Below are positions 15,239 through 21,728 of a DNA stretch of 21,728 nucleotides, in pieces. The position numbers and the translations under genes were made by a program. The DNA comes from a virus (lineage: Duplodnaviria > Heunggongvirae > Uroviricota > Caudoviricetes). Location: positions 1-21,728 of IMG/VR virus record IMGVR_UViG_2529292909_000013. The stretch is one strand, 5' to 3'. The notes under the pieces were generated by a model. The model was not told where the DNA came from. It searched no databases and was given only the letters and a program-made list of their open reading frames with translations. The number at the start of each line of letters is the position of its first letter. Position 1 is the first letter of the stretch.

Positions 15239-15787
15239 ATGAAGGTTAATAAAAAGAGGCTTGCCGAAATTTTCAACGTGGACCCGCGGACGATTGAACG
15301 CTGGCAGTCTCAGGGACTCCCTTGCGCCTCCAAAGGTAGTAAGGGCATTGAATCTGTATTTGATACTGCCATGGTAATTCAGTGGTATGCGCAGAGGGAA
15401 ACTGATATCGAAAACGAAAAGCTCCGCAAAGAACTGGACGATTTGCGTGCGGCAGCGGAGTCAGATTTACAACCCGGCACCATTGACTATGAACGCTACC
15501 GGCTCACAAAAGCGCAGGCAGATGCGCAGGAACTGAAAAATGCCCGTGAAGACGGAGTAGTGCTGGAAACTGAACTGTTTACCTTCATTCTGCAACGTGT
15601 GGCACAGGAGATTTCGGGGATACTTGTGCGTGTGCCGTTGACATTACAGCGTAAATATCCGGACATTTCACCATCACACCTTGATGTGGTGAAAACTGAA
15701 ATCGCGAAAGCCTCCAATGTTTCAGCTAAGGCCGGTGAAAACGTGGGCGGGTGGATCGATGATTTCAGACGCGCAGAAGGCAGCTAA
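15239..15787 (+). CDS. Terminase small subunit Nu1
   Basis: 182-aa product closely similar to lambda Nu1 ([62 protein letters not shown]). Confidence 0.9.
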   Translation: MKVNKKRLAEIFNVDPRTIERWQSQGLPCASKGSKGIESVFDTAMVIQWYAQRETDIENEKLRKELDDLRAAAESDLQPGTIDYERYRLTKAQADAQELKNAREDGVVLETELFTFILQRVAQEISGILVRVPLTLQRKYPDISPSHLDVVKTEIAKASNVSAKAGENVGGWIDDFRRAEGS

Positions 15788-16967
15788 TGCAGCCGGTGCG
15801 ATAGCAACAGGGCTTTTATCTCTCATTATTCCTGTTCCACTGACGACAGTTCAGTGGGCCAATAAACATTATTACCTTCCTAAAGAGTCGTCTTATACCC
15901 CGGGGCGGTGGGAAACACTGCCGTTTCAGGTTGGCATCATGAACTGTATGGGCAACGATTTGATTCGCACTGTTAACCTGATTAAATCTGCCCGTGTTGG
16001 TTATACAAAGATGTTGCTGGGAGTGGAGGCTTATTTTATTGAGCATAAATCACGCAACAGCCTTCTTTTTCAGCCCACGGACTCAGCTGCTGAAGATTTT
16101 ATGAAATCTCATGTTGAGCCAACGATAAGGGAGGTTCCTGCGTTGCTGGAGCTGGCTCCATGGTTCGGAAGAAAACACCGCGATAATACGCTCACCCTGA
16201 AGCGTTTTTCCTCCGGTGTGGGTTTCTGGTGTCTGGGGGGAGCGGCAGCAAAAAACTACCGTGAAAAATCCGTGGATGTGGTCTGTTATGACGAGCTTTC
16301 CTCGTTCGAACCGGATGTTGAAAAAGAGGGTTCGCCAACCCTGCTGGGGGATAAACGTATTGAGGGCTCTGTATGGCCCAAATCCATTCGCGGCTCGACG
16401 CCTAAAATCAAAGGCTCCTGCCAGATCGAAAAAGCCGCTAACGAGTCGGCACACTTCATGCGTTTTTATGTGCCCTGTCCGCACTGTGGGGAGGAGCAGT
16501 ATCTGAAATTTGGCGATGAGTCCACGCCTTTTGGGCTTAAATGGGAGAAGGACAGCCCCGAAAGCGTTTTCTACCTCTGTGAGCATCATGGCTGCGTGAT
16601 CCATCAGTCTGAACTGGACCAGAGTAACGGGCGGTGGATCTGTGAAAACACGGGCATGTGGACCCGTGACGGTCTGACGTTTTTCAGCGCTGCGGGTAAT
16701 GAAATTCCGCCGCCGCGCTCCATCACTTTCCATATCTGGACGGCGTACAGTCCGTTCACCACCTGGGTACAGATTGTCTATGACTGGCTGGATGCACTGA
16801 AAGATCCCAACGGCCTGAAAACCTTTGTGAACACCACGCTGGGCGAGACCTGGGAAGAGGCTGTGGGCGAAAAACTCGATCACCAGGTACTGATGGATAA
16901 GGTTGTGCGTTACACGGCGGCGGTGCCTGCCCGGGTGCCCTCGTGGACTCGTCGCCTGACGCACTGA
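15759..16967 (+). pseudogene. Terminase large subunit (gpA) N-terminal fragment, truncated after about 400 codons
   Basis: From ATG 15759 the product tracks lambda gpA (ANKHYYLPKESSY..GRWETLPFQ, CPHCGEEQYLKFGD, TTLGETWEEAVGEK) up to about ...YTAAVPARV, then diverges and stops at 16967; lambda gpA is about 641 aa. Confidence 0.85.
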
Positions 16968-18235
16968 ATACGCTGAACGAGCTGGCTGCGGCGTTGGGCA
17001 ACGACCCGAATTTTGCGACCACCATGACTAACGCGCTTGCGGGTAAGCAACCGAAAGATGCCACCCTGACGGCGCTGGCCGGGCTTGCTACTGCGGCAGA
17101 CAAGTTTCCGTATTTTACGGGGAATGATGTTGCCAGTCTGGCAACCCTGACAAAAGTTGGGCGGGATATTCTTGCGAAATCGACCGTTGCCGCCGTTATC
17201 GAATACCTCGGTTTACAGGAAACGGTAAACAAGGCTGGTAACGCCGTTCAGCGTTCCGGCGATAAAATGACCGGAGAACTGAAAATTGGCACGGTGAATG
17301 CGCTGCGAATTTTCAATGATGCCTTCGGTCTTATTTTCCGTCGTTCAGAAGATTTTCTTCATTTCATTCCGACGGCTGAAGGACAAGGCGAAAACGGTGA
17401 TATCGGCCCATTAAGGCCATTCGCTATAAATCTGAGAACAGGTGCTATATCTGTCAGCCACGGGGCCAAAATTGATGGTGGGCTGGCGCTTGGTACAGAT
17501 AACGCACTGGGCGGTAATTCCATTACTCTCGGAGATAACGACACTGGTATTAAACAGGGCGGCGACGGTGTCCTTTTATTCTATTCAAATGGACAACTGG
17601 CATTTGGGCTTCAACCCGCATCTGCTGATTTTTATAAGCGGGTTGCATATATTCATCAGGGAATAATTCCTGATGGAAGTGGCGCATTTGCAGACCAGTT
17701 GAATAATGCCACCGCGCCTTTTGTTCAGACGCAGTTTGCCTGGAATCCCACTCCTGGTGGTCATTACGTGCCGATAGTTAAGGGCTTGTCCATTCGCAAT
17801 GGACAGGGCTATCCCGGCGCGGTCAGCTTTGGGTATTTACTGACAGAACAGTATGGATTTCCGGTTCCATGTATTCATATGCGTGGCGATGGCGGTAATG
17901 ATGCTTTATGGCAGTTTAACCCGAACCATAAATCCTTTATTTCACCGGGTGCTCTTATTGCGGGTGGCGTCCGTTATAACACCGATGGAAATATATTTGG
18001 TGGGTGCTGGGGGTCAAACTTAAATGATTACCTGAATAGTTCTTTTATCAGAAATGTGCGTCTGGGAGGCAGACGTTCTGACACATTATATCGCGGAGGA
18101 CTTTGCGAACCAGGTAATGGTCATGTGACAACAGGATTGCAAATTATTGGTGAGGTTGATGGAGATGACTGGATGGTGTCACGACCACTACAAAAATACA
18201 TTTCTGGTAACTGGTATAACGTTGAACAGGCATAG
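16943..18235 (+). CDS. stf: Side tail fibre protein, 3' portion (constant-region end plus variable segment Sv); 5' part missing
   Basis: Contains the conserved DALNTLNELAAALGNDPNFATTMTNALAGKQPKDATLTALAGL...AAVIEYLGL block of lambdoid Stf proteins and a C-terminal receptor-binding-like domain. No upstream shaft/N-terminal region; begins at the junction with truncated gpA. Confidence 0.75.
   Translation: MDSSPDALNTLNELAAALGNDPNFATTMTNALAGKQPKDATLTALAGLATAADKFPYFTGNDVASLATLTKVGRDILAKSTVAAVIEYLGLQETVNKAGNAVQRSGDKMTGELKIGTVNALRIFNDAFGLIFRRSEDFLHFIPTAEGQGENGDIGPLRPFAINLRTGAISVSHGAKIDGGLALGTDNALGGNSITLGDNDTGIKQGGDGVLLFYSNGQLAFGLQPASADFYKRVAYIHQGIIPDGSGAFADQLNNATAPFVQTQFAWNPTPGGHYVPIVKGLSIRNGQGYPGAVSFGYLLTEQYGFPVPCIHMRGDGGNDALWQFNPNHKSFISPGALIAGGVRYNTDGNIFGGCWGSNLNDYLNSSFIRNVRLGGRRSDTLYRGGLCEPGNGHVTTGLQIIGEVDGDDWMVSRPLQKYISGNWYNVEQA
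17196..17221 (+). other. Left crossover site (ix/gix-like) for Pin/Gin-family DNA invertase
   Basis: TTATCGAATACCTCGGTTTACAGGAA is 22/26 identical to the reverse complement of the site at 20275..20300 and resembles Mu gix. Lies in the EYLGL codons at the constant/variable junction of stf. Confidence 0.65.
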
Positions 18236-18250
18236 CCATCAGGAGAATAT

Positions 18251-18778
18251 ATGCAACATCTGAAAAATATTACCGCCGGAAACCCCAAAACCATTGAGCA
18301 GTATCAGCTTACGAAAAAAGCTGGCGTTATCTGGCTATATACAGAAGACGGTAAAAACTGGTATGACGAATTAAAAAACTTTCAGGATGATACTTTAAAA
18401 ATAGCTTATGACCAGAAGGGGATTATTCGTTGTATTGAGAAAGACGTATCAATGCTTAACCCTGACGGGTTAAGTGTTGTTGAGTTACCGAATATAACAG
18501 CCAACCGTCGCGCCGATATCTCGGGAAACTGGAAGTTTCTGGATGGTAAAGTAGTAAAGCGGGAATATACAAAACAGGAACTGCAACAGCAGGCAGAGTT
18601 ACAAAAAGCCGCTTTGCTTTCCGAAGCGGAGTCTGTGATTCAACCGCTGGAACGTGCTGTCAGACTGAATATGGCAACTGATGAGGAACGCACACGACTG
18701 GAATCATGGGAACGCTACAGCGTTATGGTCAGCCGTGTGGATACTGCAAAGCCTGAATGGCCACAGAAACCAGAATAA
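18251..18778 (+). CDS. tfa: Tail fibre assembly protein (Tfa)
   Basis: 175 aa; typical Tfa N-terminus ([28 protein letters not shown]) and C-terminus ([12 protein letters not shown]...RVDT...PEWP). Confidence 0.85.
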   Translation: MQHLKNITAGNPKTIEQYQLTKKAGVIWLYTEDGKNWYDELKNFQDDTLKIAYDQKGIIRCIEKDVSMLNPDGLSVVELPNITANRRADISGNWKFLDGKVVKREYTKQELQQQAELQKAALLSEAESVIQPLERAVRLNMATDEERTRLESWERYSVMVSRVDTAKPEWPQKPE

Positions 18779-18787
18779 CAACAAATT

Positions 18788-18810
18788 AAGGCCCGTACGG
18801 GCCTTTTCTT
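18788..18810. terminator. Intrinsic terminator between the convergent tfa genes
   Basis: aggcccgtacgggcct hairpin followed by TTTTCTT; could serve both strands. Confidence 0.5.
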
Positions 18811-18911
18811 ATTCTGGTGGTTCCGGGAATGTTACAGGAAGAACCGAGGTATCAGTTGTCTCAACCTGTTGCACGTATCGCATCCAGTTCATCAGTTGCT
18901 GTCTGTCTGAA

Positions 18912-19340
18912 TCAGTGATAATCCCCAAAGTAAGCTGTGTTTGCCAGAACTGCGTTTTTCTCTGGCCTGCTGTAATAATATTTTTTCTGGTTTTCCGTCT
19001 GTAGGCGCAACTCTTCTTCGGTATATACACGTTTAATGACTGCGCCATCTTTAAACATCCATTTACCTGAGTCGTCAGCACGCCGGTTGGCGGTAATATC
19101 AGGAATCTCAACGACGCTATAACCTTCAGGGTTAAGTGTGGAGGCATCTTTGGTTATGGCAACAATAATATTATTTTCATCGTAAACAATCTTTATGGTG
19201 TCTGGCTGAAATTTTTTCACTTCCTCATACCAGTTTTTTCCGTCCTCAGAGTAAAGCCAGATAACTCCGTGTTTCTTTGTTAACTCATACTGTTCCAGTG
19301 TTTTAGCATTACCCGCTTTTATGTTCTTTAAGTGCATCAT
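18912..19340 (-). CDS. tfa: Alternative tail fibre assembly protein (Tfa') in inverted orientation
   Basis: 142 aa on the minus strand; N-terminus parallel to Tfa ([28 protein letters not shown]); start lies 2 nt downstream of the stf' stop on the minus strand. Confidence 0.8.
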   Translation of the reverse strand: MMHLKNIKAGNAKTLEQYELTKKHGVIWLYSEDGKNWYEEVKKFQPDTIKIVYDENNIIVAITKDASTLNPEGYSVVEIPDITANRRADDSGKWMFKDGAVIKRVYTEEELRLQTENQKKYYYSRPEKNAVLANTAYFGDYH

Positions 19341-19341
19341 A

Positions 19342-20292
19342 TTAAACGCTCGCTACATTATACCAGGTGCCATTTATATACTTTTGAACGGGTCTGTAAT
19401 AAACGCCCGCTATATTATCGGCAGAGTTAGACCCTGTATCCTGAACATTAATACCAGACAATACATGACCTGAAGGGCACTGGAAATTCCATGTTTGCCA
19501 GTTGTTCACTCCATAATATTGCTGTGAACCAAGTCGAACATCTTTCACATAACGGGAATCAAAGTTACCGTAATCCGAGGGGTTAACACGCCCTGTAATA
19601 TTTATGGTTTTATTACTTTGAATGCTTCCGGAGACAAAGCGCATAACATGGACGTTATTAGCATAAACATCCAGATTACCATCGCCATTTTGTTTAAAGC
19701 CCGTGTCATTATCACCCAATACAATCGAATTACCGCCAAGAGCACTGGATGTTCCGATACCCAGTGCACCATTCAGTTGACCACCAGATAACGGCAGTGC
19801 ACCAACATCTCCTGCTGAAGGTTTTCTGGTGGTGGTGTAAAATTCGGACCAGTCGGCTTCAAAACCATAACCATCACGGGCTGAACGATAAAAAATACCG
19901 CCATTTTTATAATTAATCCGAAACTGAACTGCAGGACAACTTCCTTCTCCCATATAAAAATGAATAATTAACGTTGATGCACCACTAATAGTTGCGTTAT
20001 AGGCTCCGCTACTCCAGTTCCATCCAACTGCTTTATCATTCGCAACGGTGCTTCCTGTTTTCCCTAAGGCAAACGCACCAACATGACTTGCTTTTAATGT
20101 GATATCGGAGGAACCATCAAAAGCCACATTGCTTATTTTCCTGGCAGTTTTTAATTTTGCAGCTGTAGAAGCATTGCCGGATAGTTCACCAGAAAGGCCA
20201 CCGCTGAATGTTTGTCGATTAGTCCAGGTATTCGCTGTACTGAGTAACGGTATTTTCTCCCCGCTTGTGCCGAGTTCTCGTAAACCGAGGTT
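19342..20292 (-). CDS. stf: Alternative tail fibre variable segment (Sv'), promoterless/startless, inside the invertible segment
   Basis: Minus-strand frame is open from 20292 (translated by hand: [32 protein letters not shown]...), beginning exactly in the LGL codons at the right crossover site; would be fused to the constant stf region after inversion. Confidence 0.7.
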   Translation of the reverse strand, partial: NLGLRELGTSGEKIPLLSTANTWTNRQTFSGGLSGELSGNASTAAKLKTARKISNVAFDGSSDITLKASHVGAFALGKTGSTVANDKAVGWNWSSGAYNATISGASTLIIHFYMGEGSCPAVQFRINYKNGGIFYRSARDGYGFEADWSEFYTTTRKPSAGDVGALPLSGGQLNGALGIGTSSALGGNSIVLGDNDTGFKQNGDGNLDVYANNVHVMRFVSGSIQSNKTINITGRVNPSDYGNFDSRYVKDVRLGSQQYYGVNNWQTWNFQCPSGHVLSGINVQDTGSNSADNIAGVYYRPVQKYINGTWYNVASV

Positions 20293-20300
20293 TTAGATAA
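20275..20300 (+). other. Right crossover site (ix/gix-like)
   Basis: TTCTCGTAAACCGAGGTTTTAGATAA closely resembles the Mu gix site and lies just upstream of the pin reading frame. Confidence 0.65.
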
Positions 20301-20354
20301 TGGCGGTTTCTGGCCTGCATGGCATGATTTGTGCTTTTGGACGGGAGATTCAGC

Positions 20355-20537
20355 GTGCTGATTGGCTATGTAAGGGTATCAACAAATGACCAGAATACAG
20401 ATCTGCAACGAAACGCTCTTGTTTGTGCAGGATATGAACAAATATTTGAAGATAAATTAAGCGGAACAAGGACAGGCCGACCTGGATTAAAACGTGCTTT
20501 AAAGCGCCTTCAAAAAGGTGACGCACTGGTTGTCTGA
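20355..20537 (+). pseudogene. pin: Pin/Gin-family serine DNA invertase, N-terminal 60 codons followed by decayed frame
   Basis: GTG start; (M)LIGYVRVSTNDQNTDLQRNAL...LKRALKRLQKGD matches the Pin N-terminus including the catalytic-Ser region; stops at 20535..20537 where Pin has Trp. Downstream reading still resembles Pin (K-L-D...L...HL) but with further stops, then ends at a tfa fragment. Confidence 0.8.
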
Positions 20538-20600
20538 AAACTGGACTGACTGGTTCACTGTATGCGGCATCTTGTCGTGCTGGTGGTGGAAGCCTAGAAA

Positions 20601-20681
20601 AAGTATCGGGTGTTACTGAACCGTGTTGATACATCAACTGCACCTGATATTGAGTGGCCTACGAACCCTGTCAGGGAGTAA
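20601..20681 (+). pseudogene. Tail fibre assembly gene 3' fragment (duplicate of 21648..21728)
   Basis: Encodes ...[23 protein letters not shown]-stop, nearly identical at DNA level to the 3' end of the tfa fragment at the window end. Confidence 0.6.
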
Positions 20682-20707
20682 TCATTGGGATTATGCCGCA
20701 GCACGTC

Positions 20708-21319
20708 TTAAGCAAGAACGTGCTGCGGTTGGATGCTATTTTTCCCTGAAGCGGAAAACATTACTACAGTACCTTGAACCTTGGTTTTAACATTCTCGAA
20801 ATGCTCTGAGAGTATATGTGTTAAGCCTTCTTCGGAATCTTTTGTGTTTGAAAAGATGCCTTTCTGATTGTAAATGCGCATCAGTTTTTGACCGAAGCTA
20901 TTGTGCACAACTCCATCGCCAAGAATTGTGGCTCCGTATAGAGTTCCATCGTCAGTTAAGGCCTGCGCCGCATTGCGTATTACACAGCTTTTTGTAGATA
21001 TATTTCCAGGCAGGCAGTGAAGAAGGTAAAACATGGAAATGGAATCAAATTGACCATGTAACGCCGCGGGATAAGGTTCAAAAACATCATGGCTAATTTT
21101 ATGTTTAATTTTTGATTCCCCAGCCCTTGTAGATGCCGCGTTCAGGCTAGCTTCGTTCAAATCCATTAAAGATATCAGACTACTCTCAGGTACGTGAGTA
21201 AGGTAAAACCCAGTTCCAACACCAATATCCAGATGGTTGTTACCTACATGTTCCAGAAAGTGTGGAAGAAGGTGTTCCTTTGTAGGACATCCCCATGCAA
21301 GCCGATTTGATACTCCCAA
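20708..21319 (-). CDS. Class I SAM-dependent methyltransferase (YbcY-like), probably 5'-truncated
   Basis: 203 aa with the AdoMet-binding glycine motif LDIGVGTGFY; no ATG at the N-terminus (frame is open upstream to a stop at about 21362 with only TTG/CTT candidates), suggesting a remnant like ybcY of DLP12. Confidence 0.6.
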   Translation of the reverse strand: MGVSNRLAWGCPTKEHLLPHFLEHVGNNHLDIGVGTGFYLTHVPESSLISLMDLNEASLNAASTRAGESKIKHKISHDVFEPYPAALHGQFDSISMFYLLHCLPGNISTKSCVIRNAAQALTDDGTLYGATILGDGVVHNSFGQKLMRIYNQKGIFSNTKDSEEGLTHILSEHFENVKTKVQGTVVMFSASGKNSIQPQHVLA

Positions 21320-21458
21320 AACCCACCAGTCATAAAGCTTTAGGGTAAGTGGTGTGTAAATTTTAGCCCCATCATCTGTGTTTTTTTCATTGATTTCACC
21401 ATGTTATAGTTTTATTTGTGAATTAAATCAATTATGGCGATGAATTACAAGGGGTTAA

Positions 21459-21728
21459 ATGCTGCCGCAGCATAGCGATATTGAAATAGCCTGGTATGCT
21501 TCGATACAGCAAGAGCCGAATGGCTGGAAGACCGTCACCACACAGTTCTACATCCAGGAATTCAGTGAGTATATTGCGCCACTGCAGGATGCTGTAGATC
21601 TGGAAATCGCAACGGAGGAAGAAAGATCGTTGCTGGAGGCATGGAATAAATATCGGGTATTGTTGAATCGTGTTGATACATCAACTGTACCTGATATTGA
21701 GTGGCCTGCAAATCCTGTCAGGGAGTAA
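21459..21728 (+). CDS. Tail fibre assembly protein C-terminal fragment (TfaX-like)
   Basis: 89-aa ORF ending at the window edge; C-terminus [36 protein letters not shown] parallels the Tfa C-termini at 18251..18778 and the fragment at 20601..20681. Confidence 0.65.
   Translation: MLPQHSDIEIAWYASIQQEPNGWKTVTTQFYIQEFSEYIAPLQDAVDLEIATEEERSLLEAWNKYRVLLNRVDTSTVPDIEWPANPVRE

Noticed and set aside
16083-16964. 293-aa minus-strand ORF
   Set aside because: Lies entirely antisense to the terminase large-subunit homologue, whose plus-strand translation matches lambda gpA closely; Arg/Pro-rich composition typical of a spurious antisense frame in GC-rich coding DNA.
18681-19147. ORFs 18681..19004 (+) and 18809..19147 (-)
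   Set aside because: They span the terminator and intergenic region between the convergent tfa genes and overlap the well-supported tfa' gene on the other strand.
1-21728. Integrase, attachment sites or IS elements marking the prophage boundary
   Set aside because: No integrase- or transposase-like ORF and no terminal inverted repeats were seen; the window appears to be internal to the prophage, so boundaries cannot be assessed.

Overview
This window reads as about 21.7 kb of a defective lambdoid prophage of the E. coli/Shigella type, with an organisation resembling Stx-phage and DLP12/Qin-like elements. Left to right: an immunity region (DicA/CI-like repressor divergent from a Cro-like YdaS/YdaT pair); a replication module (replisome-organizer O-like gene carrying in-gene iteron-like repeats, and a P-like helicase loader); a nin-like region of small co-directional ORFs that includes an A+T-rich small-protein island and a hok type I toxin locus; a DUF968/HNH protein, RusA resolvase and a Q-like antiterminator; an A+T-rich two-gene cassette (small soluble protein plus multi-pass membrane protein) in the moron position downstream of Q; a DNA methyltransferase; three tRNA genes (CAT, TCG, TCT anticodons); two tandem copies of a hairpin/terminator-containing repeat; a NanS-p-like esterase; no recognisable lysis genes; a lambda-like cos site; a Nu1 small terminase; a terminase large-subunit gene truncated and joined to the 3' part of a side tail fibre gene; a Pin/Gin-type invertible tail-fibre segment with identifiable 26-bp crossover sites and a decayed pin gene; and a class I methyltransferase remnant flanked by tfa 3' fragments. 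The strongest candidate for an undescribed system is the two-gene membrane cassette at 8953..9984, followed by the small-protein island at 4152..4615. All homology statements come from reading the translations and recalling known families; no database search or computation was run.
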